Below, in pieces: positions 9,337 to 19,257 of a DNA stretch of 64,000 bases. Under the pieces are notes generated by a model. The model saw only the letters and a program-made list of their open reading frames with translations, did not search any database and had not been told where the DNA came from. Numbering within the stretch: position 1 is the stretch's first letter; every line of letters begins with the position of its first letter. The DNA lies in NCBI GenBank assembly GCA_041666325.1, contig JBAYHC010000001.1, forward strand, positions 201,708 through 265,707. Reading direction: 5' to 3'. The position numbers and the translations under genes are program-made. Origin of the DNA: Patescibacteria group bacterium. GTDB taxonomy: Bacteria; Patescibacteriota; UBA1384; XYA2-FULL-43-10; 1-14-0-10-43-13.

Positions 9337-9854
9337 TCCTCTTTTTGCTCTCTGAACTGTTTCAGTCTTGGCCAAGCATCCTTGAACCAATAAGTAAAAC
9401 TTTGAGGATTGTTCTCAATCTCTTTCTCTAGTTCATCTGTCGAGACCCATCTCCAGTCTTCGGCCTCTTCTGGATTGGGTTCAGGAGAATCATCGCAAGT
9501 ACCAACAAAAACGTGATCTATCTCATTCTCCGTTAGGTCTCCCAATTCAGCCCTATACGCAAAAACAAACGCTTCACTGAGTGGGCAATCAAAACCCATC
9601 TCTTCTTTTAGCCGGCGATGAGCAGCTAACTCAGTCTTCTCGCCTGGAGACGGATGACTGCAGCATGTGTTTGTCCACAAACCGCCAGAATGATATTTAT
9701 TTATTGCCCGCTGCTGAAGCATCAACTCGTTGGCAGAATTAAAAACAAAGATTGAAAAGGCTCGATGTTGCAATCCTTTTTTGTGAGCCGCCATCTTCTC
9801 CTCTTCTCCAATGGGGGCGTCATCCTCATTAACCAATATAACTTTGTTTTCCAT
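9333..9854 (-). CDS. idi: Isopentenyl-diphosphate delta-isomerase type 1
   Basis: HRAFSIF, LQQRA..KY, WTNTCCSHP, ENE.DHVF, FT.WF. Confidence 0.95.
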   Translation of the reverse strand: MENKVILVNEDDAPIGEEEKMAAHKKGLQHRAFSIFVFNSANELMLQQRAINKYHSGGLWTNTCCSHPSPGEKTELAAHRRLKEEMGFDCPLSEAFVFAYRAELGDLTENEIDHVFVGTCDDSPEPNPEEAEDWRWVSTDELEKEIENNPQSFTYWFKDAWPRLKQFREQKED

Positions 9855-10065
9855 AGTGTATTCTCTGTTAAAAAATGACATATTCTAATACATAATGCAA
9901 CAACATGTTTTGCGCAATTCAATTTGCCGCCATCGGATCAATGACTAGGCCACTTCTGCAATGTTGGATACAATAGCGATGGCACCAATGGCTCAGAAAC
10001 ACTCCGATTGTAGATGCCGCAAAATGGTGGTAAAATTTATTAACCAACCAACCTAGAAAAGCCCT

Positions 10066-10869
10066 ATGTCTATGTCTAAATCCTCCAGCGCCTATCTTTA
10101 TATTTTCTATTATCATTTTTTGACGATTTTGGCGTATCCGTACGAGCTTCTGATTACCGTCATAGAGCCGGCGGCCGAAATTGGCTTTTTGGTTCTATTC
10201 TGGGGCATGGTTGCCAGGGGCTCCAGCCATCCAATAGACTTAATTAGCATGGTTGCTTATTTTATTATGGTACAATTTGTCTCAATCTGGTCGCTCAATC
10301 CTGGCGGACTCAATTTCTCAAACTATATTGGCTACAGGATAAAATCAGGCATACTTTCCCAAAGCTTAATACGCCCGATACGCACCTTGCCTGCCCTATT
10401 ATTCGAGCACAGAGGATACTTTTTTGTTGACATGATTTTCTCTGTCATACTGCTGGCTCTTGCGATTAAACTATTAGGTGGAATAGAGTTGAATCAGCTT
10501 GTGATGTTCATAGTTTTTTCAATTCTCTCGTGCATCATTACATTTTCTCTCTGTGTGTTGATAGGTTCACTCGCATTTATTACCAAAGAGATAAGCAGTA
10601 TTAGACATAGTGTTTCTCATCTGGTACGCATCTTGTCTGGCGCCATGGTTCCCCTCAATTTTTTTCCAGAAGGGATCCGCCACTGGCTGAGCATTACCCC
10701 CTTTCCCAGCATGGTATTCGTACCTATCAGCGTTTTGCAGAACAAGCTTCCGCCCACTGTCCTGCTTTTTAATTTCAAGGTGGCCCTATTTTGGTCATTT
10801 CTTCTCCTCGGGGCGGCACTATTAATCTGGCAACGCAATATGAAAAAATATGAAGCAAACGGTATCTAA
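10066..10869 (+). CDS. ABC-2 family permease
   Basis: I.SG.L...L.RP, LSG..VPL..FP motifs; precedes second permease and ATPase. Confidence 0.85.
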   Translation: MSMSKSSSAYLYIFYYHFLTILAYPYELLITVIEPAAEIGFLVLFWGMVARGSSHPIDLISMVAYFIMVQFVSIWSLNPGGLNFSNYIGYRIKSGILSQSLIRPIRTLPALLFEHRGYFFVDMIFSVILLALAIKLLGGIELNQLVMFIVFSILSCIITFSLCVLIGSLAFITKEISSIRHSVSHLVRILSGAMVPLNFFPEGIRHWLSITPFPSMVFVPISVLQNKLPPTVLLFNFKVALFWSFLLLGAALLIWQRNMKKYEANGI

Positions 10870-11665
10870 CTTTTTCAAAATTAGAATGAGAATAGTTGGC
10901 ATAAACATCGCCAATACTTTTAATTTAGAAACTTCTTATCCGGCTGAGAATTGGGCCAACGCTTTCTCAACACTGCTGTACACGGCAAGCTATGTTATTT
11001 TTCTAAATGTTATTTTTGGCAACGTTGAAACACTGGCTGGCTACAGCTACAACGATATGTTGTTTTTTTCTCTGTTGAGCCAAACTGCGTTCTACACTCT
11101 ATACACCTGGAGCTTCGACAACATGGACAATCTGGTAAACAGCATCCATCAGGGTGAGCTAGACCTATTGTTAACAAAACCACTTCCAACCCTCTTTTAC
11201 GCAACAACACGAACATTTTCATTGCTTCGGCTTGCCAGAGATGCATTTTTACCGATAGCCATGATCGCTCTCCTGATTAGCTGGTCTGACTTAAATTTGT
11301 CTACAGAGAGAGCTATCGCAGGGCTGATTATATTTATATGCGGACAATGGGTACTGCACGTTTTTCAGTTTCTGCTAATATTGCCCGCTTTCTGGAATGG
11401 ACAATCCCAGGCACTGCTCCGACTGTCATATACGCTAAGTGAGCCCAATGTCCCACTTGAGGGTCTGACAAAGTTCTGGCGATTTTTTCTACTGACCGCG
11501 CTTCCCGTCTGCCTGCCAGTGGCCGCCTCTGTTTCCGTCATCCTTGGGCGCAGTAATGCTGTTCCAATGGTCATATGGTCATTATTTTTGGCCGCAGTAG
11601 CAACCGTAGTTCGTTTTTTCGCTTGGCGCAGAGCACTTCTGGCTTATAACTCAGCCTCATCTTAG
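10850..11665 (+). CDS. ABC-2 family permease
   Basis: GELDLLLTKP motif, C-terminal Y.SASS. Confidence 0.85.
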   Translation: MKQTVSNFFKIRMRIVGINIANTFNLETSYPAENWANAFSTLLYTASYVIFLNVIFGNVETLAGYSYNDMLFFSLLSQTAFYTLYTWSFDNMDNLVNSIHQGELDLLLTKPLPTLFYATTRTFSLLRLARDAFLPIAMIALLISWSDLNLSTERAIAGLIIFICGQWVLHVFQFLLILPAFWNGQSQALLRLSYTLSEPNVPLEGLTKFWRFFLLTALPVCLPVAASVSVILGRSNAVPMVIWSLFLAAVATVVRFFAWRRALLAYNSASS

Positions 11666-11685
11666 TATTAAACAACAAGGTACCA

Positions 11686-12684
11686 ATGAATAACGTGATA
11701 GAGGTAAATAATCTGAAAAAAAGTTTCCGTGTCCGGCAACAGGGCGGAATGCTGAAAGCGATGTTTCGACCGGAGTACAAAACCGTCCATGCAGTCAAGG
11801 ATGTTAGTTTCAAGGTTGCCAAGGGCGAGGCGGTTGCTTTTTTGGGACCAAACGGCGCCGGCAAAACTACCACGATCAAGATGATGACCGGCCTTGTTCA
11901 TCCAAGCGAGGGTACGGTAAGTGTCTTGGACTCTGATCCGTTCCGCAGAAAACCTGAATTCCTACAAAGAATTGGCCTAGTCATGGGAAACAAAGTCGCA
12001 CTAAACTGGGATCTAACTGCCAAACAAAGCTTCAATCTAGTCAAGAATATCTACAACCTTGAATCAGGATTTACCAAGAAACGTATATCAGAGCTTGCCA
12101 AATTATTAGACGTGACAAATCTCCTGGATGTTCAGATACGAAATCTATCTCTTGGAGAGCGAATGAAAATGGAACTAATCGGATCAATTCTCCACAAACC
12201 AGAGATATTGTTTTTGGACGAGCCAACGATTGGTCTCGACATATTAACCAAAAAACGGATCCGACACTTTCTTAAAGATATTCAAAAGAATGAGAGCACT
12301 ACCCTTATCCTAACCAGCCACGACATTGACGACATTGAGGCTGTCTGTGATCGAGTGATTATCATCAATAAGGGAGAGAAGTGCTATGACGACAGTATCG
12401 ATTCTCTTGTAGAAAAATATCAACAAAACCGCTATCTGCGATTTGTTTTGGAGAATCCCCTTGGCAACGACCAGGTTTCCAAACTAAGAAACCTGGGTAC
12501 ACTGGAAAAGAATAGCGATAACGGAGAAACAAACCCTAGTGAAGCGATCTACCTGTTCAAGACAAGCATTACCAACATGGTTCCACTTATCACGCATGTC
12601 TTGACCTCAAATACTGTTCTCGACATGAAAATAGAGTCAGTACCGCTGGAGGACGTGATCGCTGACCTGTTCAGAGCAAGCTAA
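11686..12684 (+). CDS. ABC transporter ATP-binding protein
   Basis: GPNGAGKTT, LSLGER, LFLDEPT, TSHD. Confidence 0.95.
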   Translation: MNNVIEVNNLKKSFRVRQQGGMLKAMFRPEYKTVHAVKDVSFKVAKGEAVAFLGPNGAGKTTTIKMMTGLVHPSEGTVSVLDSDPFRRKPEFLQRIGLVMGNKVALNWDLTAKQSFNLVKNIYNLESGFTKKRISELAKLLDVTNLLDVQIRNLSLGERMKMELIGSILHKPEILFLDEPTIGLDILTKKRIRHFLKDIQKNESTTLILTSHDIDDIEAVCDRVIIINKGEKCYDDSIDSLVEKYQQNRYLRFVLENPLGNDQVSKLRNLGTLEKNSDNGETNPSEAIYLFKTSITNMVPLITHVLTSNTVLDMKIESVPLEDVIADLFRAS

Positions 12685-12748
12685 TATGCAGAGCGAGGGC
12701 AAGAGTAACAGTTGGCCTCTTTGGCCACATTGGTTATAGAAAGGATAT

Positions 12749-14062
12749 TTGATGGACAAAGTAACCCCAAAGATCCCGGCGGGATTCATGGAACTGCTCC
12801 CGGGCGAGCAGATTGAATTCAACCGGATGTTTGACGTCATTCGAAAAACATACGAATTGTACGGTTTCCTGCCAATTGAAACTCCAGCAATTGAGTATGC
12901 GAGCGTGCTGCTAGCAAAAGCAGGAGGCGAAACCGAAAAGCAAATCTATCGATTCGAACGAGGCGACAAGGAATACTGCCTTCATTTCGATTTGACGATT
13001 CCATTGGCTCGATATGTTGCAGCTCACTATCCTGACCTGACATTTCCATTTCGCCGATACCAGCAGCAAAAGGTGTGGCGGGCAGAAAGGCCACAGCGAG
13101 GCCGCTTTCGAGAATTCTATCAGTGTGACATTGACACAATCGGAACGACTGACCCCTTGGCCGACGCTGAGATTGTCTCTGTTGTCAACGCCGTCTTCTC
13201 TGCCCTGGGCTTTGAGCACTTCACTGTCCATATCAATAATCGCAAAATATTAAACGGGTACATGGAGCATCTTGGTCTCTCAGACAAAAGCCAAGACATA
13301 CTGCGCTTAATCGATAAACTTGAAAAGCAGGGCCAAGAGACAGTGAGAGCAGAGCTGATAAACCTGAAAATCCCAAATGACGTGGCCGATCAAGTTTTGG
13401 AATTTGTTGGTAGCTCTGGCTCACCGGCTGAAACCATTGATTCACTAAAATCACTCAACATAAAGAATGAGATGTTTAGAACAGGTATCAGGGAGCTGGA
13501 AGACCTTCTTCAGGGAATCAAACTTTTTGAGGTTCCAAGCACACGTTACACAGTTGACCTCACAATTGCCCGAGGACTGGATTATTATACAGGAACAGTT
13601 TACGAGACAACGCTCGATGACTACCCAGAAATTGGCAGTGTCTGCTCTGGGGGCCGCTATGACAATCTCGCAAATCACTACACAAACGTCAGCCTGCCAG
13701 GCGTCGGCGCATCCATAGGCTTAACTAGACTATTTGATCAACTCAGGGATGCCGGGCTTCTAAAGGCATCTACTCTCACTGTCGCAAAAGTATTGGTTGT
13801 ACCGATTGAGCCAAAACATTTGCCTCAGGGACTCAAGATCGCTACAGACTTCCGCCAACTTGGCATTCCGACAGAAATACGGACAGCCGAGGCCAAGCTT
13901 GGGGCGCACCTCAAATATGCCAACAAGATGCGATTTCCATTCGTCGCTTTCGTCGGAATGGATGAGTCTGGTATCGATGAGATTATTCTCAAAAACATGA
14001 CAACGACCGAACAACAAACGCTTTCCATCAAACAGGCGGCAGACAAGATCATGCATGAATAA
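12749..14062 (+). CDS. hisS: Histidine--tRNA ligase
   Basis: DLTIP, RAERPQRGRFREFYQCD, RGLDYYTG, GGRYD. Confidence 0.97.
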   Translation: MMDKVTPKIPAGFMELLPGEQIEFNRMFDVIRKTYELYGFLPIETPAIEYASVLLAKAGGETEKQIYRFERGDKEYCLHFDLTIPLARYVAAHYPDLTFPFRRYQQQKVWRAERPQRGRFREFYQCDIDTIGTTDPLADAEIVSVVNAVFSALGFEHFTVHINNRKILNGYMEHLGLSDKSQDILRLIDKLEKQGQETVRAELINLKIPNDVADQVLEFVGSSGSPAETIDSLKSLNIKNEMFRTGIRELEDLLQGIKLFEVPSTRYTVDLTIARGLDYYTGTVYETTLDDYPEIGSVCSGGRYDNLANHYTNVSLPGVGASIGLTRLFDQLRDAGLLKASTLTVAKVLVVPIEPKHLPQGLKIATDFRQLGIPTEIRTAEAKLGAHLKYANKMRFPFVAFVGMDESGIDEIILKNMTTTEQQTLSIKQAADKIMHE

Positions 14063-14680
14063 TTAGCGGGCATCTAGAAAACCTAAAAAACTTTTACGAT
14101 GCGAGGCAGAGGGACCATTAGATCTAAGTATATCCATGTGGTCCCTGGTACCGTAGCCCTTATTCTGAGCAAATCCGAATCGTGGCATCTCATCATGAAG
14201 CTGGATCATGAGACTGTCTCGATAGACTTTAGCTATAATTGAAGCAGCGGCAATAGATAACGATTTTGACTCGCCTTTTTCGATGCATAAAAAATCATAC
14301 GCAAATTCACCCCCGAAGTGTCGTCCGTCGATCAGAGCAAATTGGCACCCCTTTAGTCCATTCAGAGCCCTCTCGAAGGCCAGAACATTAGCGCGACCAA
14401 CACCAAGTTGATCAATCTCATCGACATCAACTAGCCCGAATGCGAAATCAAGTGCTCTCGCCTTGATTAGTCCAGAGAGCCTCTGCCGTTTGGCTGGAGA
14501 AATCTTCTTCGAGTCATCAACCTCATGTAATAATTCTTCTGTGTCGTTTAGATGATCAAAAACAACCGCAGCCGCAACCAATGGCCCGGCCAGAGAACCC
14601 CTCCCAACTTCATCTACCCCAGCAATTAGATCTATTTGCCGCTCTCGTTTGATTTTATGCTCTATCTCAAAGTTTGGCAT
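14063..14680 (-). CDS. rnhB: Ribonuclease HII
   Basis: GVDEVGRG, DSKK, SIAAASIIAKV.RD, KGYGT, HRKSF. Confidence 0.96.
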   Translation of the reverse strand: MPNFEIEHKIKRERQIDLIAGVDEVGRGSLAGPLVAAAVVFDHLNDTEELLHEVDDSKKISPAKRQRLSGLIKARALDFAFGLVDVDEIDQLGVGRANVLAFERALNGLKGCQFALIDGRHFGGEFAYDFLCIEKGESKSLSIAAASIIAKVYRDSLMIQLHDEMPRFGFAQNKGYGTRDHMDILRSNGPSASHRKSFLGFLDAR

Positions 14681-14683
14681 GGG

Positions 14684-15859
14684 CTATGGCCTCGATGTCT
14701 CGTCAATCAATCTTTTGTAGAGATTAGGAAAACGATCTAGCGATCTATCCATATCATGTTCCATCATCCCGACTCTCGCAGCATGGCCAAAATCTTTCAG
14801 CAGGTTTTTGTCCTCAAGCAATTTTACAATTTTGCCGGCCATCTCAGAGAAACTATCTGGCGTGAATAGGTAGCCACTTCTAGCGTCAGCGACAAATTCA
14901 GGAAAAGATCCGGCTCTTGCAGCAACAATGGGAAGACCGGCAGCCATAGCCTCAAGCATGACTATGCTCTGCGTTTCAATTTTTGAGGGAGAAGCAAAAA
15001 GGTCAGCGGACTGATAAACACTGCACAACTTTGCAGAGCCATGATCAAAGGAGCCCAAGAAAGAGATATTCTTGCTAGCTCCAACCTCGTGCGCCAACAT
15101 CTTCATCTCTTCTAAACTATCCCCTGCCCCGACAATGGCAAAGTTAACATCCATCCGCTTGGCAACTAGCGGTACGGCGCGAATCAAGACTGCCAAGCTT
15201 TTATCCTTGTCAATCCTGCCGACATAGAGAACGGTTGGTTTGTCGGGAAGACCCAATATCTTCCTCGACTCGGTCTTATCCCCGGGGCAAAATCGTTTGA
15301 TATCGACACCATTAGACATCACTTTTATCTCTGTCTTTGAACCCCACAATTTGATCAGGTTCTCCGCTGTTTCTGACGGCGTGGTAATAATACTGCAACG
15401 GTCATACAACGAGACAATGTTTCTCCTGACCAAAGGGATAATCAGGAAATTTAAAAATTGGAACTTCTTGAGATAAGAGAGAATAAAATCCATACTAAAA
15501 TGATTAGTTACAACAACGGGGAGCTTGCTTTTCTGACAGATCCTCGCAACGAGACGGGAGATGGGGGCAGGATCTTGCAGATGGGCCACATCTGGTTTAA
15601 TGTTAGAAATGAAACTGTTTACCTCGGAGTAAGGGGCCACGGTTATCCTAAAACCCTTGCGAAAAGGATTTGGTAGGGAGCGGAACTTGATCACTTGATA
15701 ACCCAAGCTCCTATCAACTTCTGTCCTAAATCTATCGTTCGATGTAATGACAGTCACCTCATGTTTAGCATCATGAAGATAACCGGCCAAGTTTTTGGCA
15801 AACACTGCAACTCCGGATATATTTGGAGGAAACGATTCACTGCAAATGATAATTTTCAT
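14684..15859 (-). CDS. GT4 glycosyltransferase
   Basis: F.P.ISGV, VGRIDKDK, ETQSIVMLEAMAAGLP. Confidence 0.92.
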   Translation of the reverse strand: MKIIICSESFPPNISGVAVFAKNLAGYLHDAKHEVTVITSNDRFRTEVDRSLGYQVIKFRSLPNPFRKGFRITVAPYSEVNSFISNIKPDVAHLQDPAPISRLVARICQKSKLPVVVTNHFSMDFILSYLKKFQFLNFLIIPLVRRNIVSLYDRCSIITTPSETAENLIKLWGSKTEIKVMSNGVDIKRFCPGDKTESRKILGLPDKPTVLYVGRIDKDKSLAVLIRAVPLVAKRMDVNFAIVGAGDSLEEMKMLAHEVGASKNISFLGSFDHGSAKLCSVYQSADLFASPSKIETQSIVMLEAMAAGLPIVAARAGSFPEFVADARSGYLFTPDSFSEMAGKIVKLLEDKNLLKDFGHAARVGMMEHDMDRSLDRFPNLYKRLIDETSRP

Positions 15860-16008
15860 AGCGTCTCTATCTTACCCAATTCGCTTGAACAGGGCAATGC
15901 ATTGAAATCGCTCGGCATGAAACCGGCTGCGATGCCGCCTTATCATTCCCAGTGTTGACTTTTAACCATAAATTACCTATAATCTTTCAAGGAGGTGAAC
16001 ATAAAAGT

Positions 16009-16326
16009 ATGACACACCAAGATTTGTACAAACTTCTTCAAACAGTTCAAAAAAACGTCCGCTGCCCTCAATGCGGCAAGCAGTATGATTTTGAACAAAT
16101 AAGCATCAGAGGAATTGTTGAATCTGTGATCTTTCTTGAGTTGAACTGCAACGCACATATGCCGCTTCTTGCTACTGTTACGTTGACGAAAGATCCCATG
16201 CCAAAAACCAAAAAACATAAGGCTGGTGAAAAGATCAATCCAAATGACGTTCTCGAAACTTACCAGTTCCTCAAGAACTTCTCGGGCAGCTTAGAACAAA
16301 TTTTTAAAAAAAGCACCCAGAAGTAA
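16009..16326 (+). CDS. Hypothetical protein with CxxC Zn-ribbon-like motif
   Basis: RCPQCG...C..H; aggaggtg RBS before ATG 16009. Confidence 0.7.
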   Translation: MTHQDLYKLLQTVQKNVRCPQCGKQYDFEQISIRGIVESVIFLELNCNAHMPLLATVTLTKDPMPKTKKHKAGEKINPNDVLETYQFLKNFSGSLEQIFKKSTQK

Positions 16327-16390
16327 TCACTTCATTCATTAATATCTAATTTTTTAACAGAAGCCATTAGGCCGATCAAAGAGGAAACCT

Positions 16391-17059
16391 ATGACAGAGT
16401 TCAAACTAGAGGCAAAAACGCGCGAAACAGACGGTCGCAAAACCAGACAAGCCGGCCTCATACCGTGTGTGGTTTATGGAAAAAATATTGAAAATGTTGT
16501 AATCGCCTTTGATAAGGTCAATTTCAATCGACTGTTCCGCGAAGCCGGAACGTCCAATTTGATCGATCTTTCAGTTGACGACAAAACATCTTTTAAAACA
16601 CTTGTGCAAGACGTTCAGCGCAATCCTATCACCCTTGACGTTGTCCATGTGGACCTCTTGAAGATCAACATGAAGGAAAAGATCAGCACAGAAATTCCAT
16701 TGGAGTTTGTTGGCGAATCTCCAGCTGTTGTTGACCTAAGCGGCTCTCTGATCACGGCTAGGGACTCAGTTGAAATTGAATGTCTGCCGGCAGACTTACC
16801 ATCTGAGATCAAAGTTGACATCTCTATCCTTGACGACTTTGAGAAAGATATCCGCATCAAGGATATCGTTGTACCGGCCGGTGTTGAAATTCTAAACGAC
16901 GAAGAAGAAGTGGTTGTCCATGTCGAGCCACCTCGTGATGAGGCAGACATCGAAGCCGATCTCGCAACACCAGTTGAGGAAAACGTTGAAGAAGTTGAAG
17001 TTGAAACAGCGAAAAAGGAAGACGAAGCTGAGGGCGAACAAAAAGAATCCAAAGAGTAG
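16391..17059 (+). CDS. rplY: 50S ribosomal protein L25/Ctc
   Basis: R..G.IP.V.YG, Q..P......HVD, acidic tail. Confidence 0.93.
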   Translation: MTEFKLEAKTRETDGRKTRQAGLIPCVVYGKNIENVVIAFDKVNFNRLFREAGTSNLIDLSVDDKTSFKTLVQDVQRNPITLDVVHVDLLKINMKEKISTEIPLEFVGESPAVVDLSGSLITARDSVEIECLPADLPSEIKVDISILDDFEKDIRIKDIVVPAGVEILNDEEEVVVHVEPPRDEADIEADLATPVEENVEEVEVETAKKEDEAEGEQKESKE

Positions 17060-17065
17060 TTCCAA

Positions 17066-17117
17066 AGCACTAAACAAAAAATCATCCCGAGTTCGGGATG
17101 ATTTTTTGTTTAGTGCT
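17066..17117. terminator. Bidirectional intrinsic terminator between rplY and thrS
   Basis: agcactaaacaaaaaatcatcccga-gt-tcgggatgattttttgtttagtgct long perfect hairpin. Confidence 0.85.
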
Positions 17118-17120
17118 CAA

Positions 17121-18908
17121 TTAATATCTAATCTGAATCTCACTTATCAATTTTTCAATAGCCATCGGTCCCTTGTCGCCCTCACCATAACGCCGAACAG
17201 CGACCTTGTTGTCACCGACTTCTTTGTCGCCAACAATTAGCATATAGGGAATCTTCTGTATCTCAGCGTCACGGATCTTGCGTCCGATCGACTCACTTCT
17301 TAAATCTATCTCAACCCTTACGCCTCGCACCTGTAAACTTTCGCCTATACTATTTGCATATTCCTGATGCCGGTCAGCAATCGGCAAGACAATGGCCTGG
17401 ACTGGGGCAAGCCACACCGGAAATGCTCCGGCGTAGTGCTCAATAAGTAAACCGATAAAGCGCTCAAATGAGCCAAACAACGCACGGTGGAGCATATATG
17501 GCTGTTCCTCTTCGCCTTTTTCATTAACAAAGGTCATGTTGAAACGCTCCGGCAAGTTGAAATCGAATTGCAGAGTCGACAACTGCCACTCGCGCCCAAG
17601 AACATCCCGGACCTTGAAATCAAGTTTTGGCCCGTAAAAAGCAGCCTCACCCAACTCCTCTTTGAAGGACAAGCTTTTTTCAGTGGCGACTTCGCGCAAA
17701 ACTTGCTCCGTGAACTCCCAGCCTTCATCGTTTCCGGCATACTTACTCTTATTGGCTGGATCACGAAGCGAGAGATAGACATTGACGGAATCCAAATCGA
17801 AGCCGAATGATTTGTAAATAAACAAAATAAAATCAACGACCCGCTTAAGCTCGCCTTTCACCTGATCTTTGCGGCAAACGATATGAGCATCGTCTTGAGT
17901 AAAGCCACGAACGCGCGTTAGCCCAGAAAGTTCGCCTGTCTTTTCAAATCGATAGACCGTGCCTATCTCAGCCCAACGAAAAGGAAATTCTCGATAAGAG
18001 TGGGGCGAATTCTTGTAAATCTGAACATGAAATGGACAGTTCATCGGCTTCAAAAGATACTCTTCAGATTTTTCCACCTTACGCTCAAGCTGACGGTCTT
18101 CCAGACTCTGACCGGCTTCCATTGGCGGATACATGCTTGAATTATAGAAGCCCCAATGACCTGATTTTTCCCACAAACGACGATTGCCAATATGAGGACT
18201 GCGAACAAGTTGGTACCCATTTTTCAGGTGCTCTTTGTACCAGAAATCCTCGATCACACGCCAAATAATAGCACCTCTTGGGTGCCACAAGACTAGCCCA
18301 AGGCCGACCTCTTCATCAATATGAAATAAGTCAAGCTCTCGTCCAAGTTTACGATGATCCCGTTTCTCCGCTTCCTCACGGTTTTTCAGATATTGCTCAA
18401 TACCTTCCCTTGATTCGAAGGCCAGGCCATAAATCCGGGTCATCATCGAGTTCTTCTCGCTCCCCTTCCAATATGCTCCGGCAATTTTGTCCAATTTCCA
18501 GCCAGCACCCTTGAGGTCCTTGGTCGATTCGACATGAGGACCAGCGCAAAGATCAACAAAATCGCCACTCTGATAAATCGAAACTTCTGTCTCGCCACTT
18601 GCTTCTAAATCTTTAATCAATTCAACCTTATATGGCTGGTTTTCAAACTGCTTACTCGCGGACCTGCTTACAAGCTTACTGGCCTTGAAGCTTGCGCCTG
18701 AATTAATAATCTCCCTCATCTTCTTCTCTAGCTTCGGTAAATCCTCAGCAGATAGCGCCATTGGCAATTCAAAATCATAATAAAAACCTGTATCGATGGC
18801 CGGACCGATCCCAAGTTTGACTTCGGGAAACATGTCCACAACTGCCATAGCCAGAACATGGCTTAATGAGTGACGCACTGTCTCAATTGGATATTTTTTT
18901 TGCTCCAT
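17121..18908 (-). CDS. thrS: Threonine--tRNA ligase (no N-terminal TGS domain)
   Basis: RHSLSH, DLC.GPH, DHRKLG, KPMNCP, RVRGFTQDDAH, HRALFGSFER. Confidence 0.97.
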   Translation of the reverse strand: MEQKKYPIETVRHSLSHVLAMAVVDMFPEVKLGIGPAIDTGFYYDFELPMALSAEDLPKLEKKMREIINSGASFKASKLVSRSASKQFENQPYKVELIKDLEASGETEVSIYQSGDFVDLCAGPHVESTKDLKGAGWKLDKIAGAYWKGSEKNSMMTRIYGLAFESREGIEQYLKNREEAEKRDHRKLGRELDLFHIDEEVGLGLVLWHPRGAIIWRVIEDFWYKEHLKNGYQLVRSPHIGNRRLWEKSGHWGFYNSSMYPPMEAGQSLEDRQLERKVEKSEEYLLKPMNCPFHVQIYKNSPHSYREFPFRWAEIGTVYRFEKTGELSGLTRVRGFTQDDAHIVCRKDQVKGELKRVVDFILFIYKSFGFDLDSVNVYLSLRDPANKSKYAGNDEGWEFTEQVLREVATEKSLSFKEELGEAAFYGPKLDFKVRDVLGREWQLSTLQFDFNLPERFNMTFVNEKGEEEQPYMLHRALFGSFERFIGLLIEHYAGAFPVWLAPVQAIVLPIADRHQEYANSIGESLQVRGVRVEIDLRSESIGRKIRDAEIQKIPYMLIVGDKEVGDNKVAVRRYGEGDKGPMAIEKLISEIQIRY

Positions 18909-18921
18909 TCCAGTTTCCTTT

Positions 18922-18984
18922 TGTCATCCTGAACTTGATTCAGGATCCACTATCTTATAGATTCCGGATCAAGTCCGGAATGAC
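18922..18984. repeat. REP/RPE-like palindromic element
   Basis: tgtcatcctgaacttgattcaggatc...gattccggatcaagtccggaatgaca, GTCAT..ATGAC ends enclosing two hairpins. Confidence 0.8.
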
Positions 18985-18995
18985 ACAGGGCATAC

Positions 18996-19105
18996 AAAAA
19001 GACCCTATGGTACAGGAGTCTCTTGGAGACGGTTCCATCCTGCTTGGGTCTTAATTCACCTGTTCGCTCAGGCCTGCGTTGTGTCTCCAGGTTGGTGAAT
19101 CCTAT
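18996..19105 (-). promoter_or_regulatory. T-box riboswitch (thrS leader), compact
   Basis: Antiterminator CAGGA-UGGAACC-GUCUC-CAA-GAGAC-UCCUG (19042-19013), overlapping terminator ending GGGUCUUUUU; short stem I 19100-19054. Confidence 0.8.
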
Positions 19106-19208
19106 CAACAACACAAATAATAATGTACTGATACTATACCAACTATCTGACTCAAGTGCAATATTTCGGTTGCAGCAATTAATTAGCATCTAATTAACTC
19201 TTGTAACC

Positions 19209-19232
19209 GGGCGCCCCGCGGATCGGGGCGCC
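19209..19232 (-). terminator. GC-rich hairpin downstream of lipoprotein gene
   Basis: ggcgccccg-cggat-cggggcgcc. Confidence 0.5.
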
Positions 19233-19257
19233 ACGTGATGTGACTTGTCGGCAGCCC

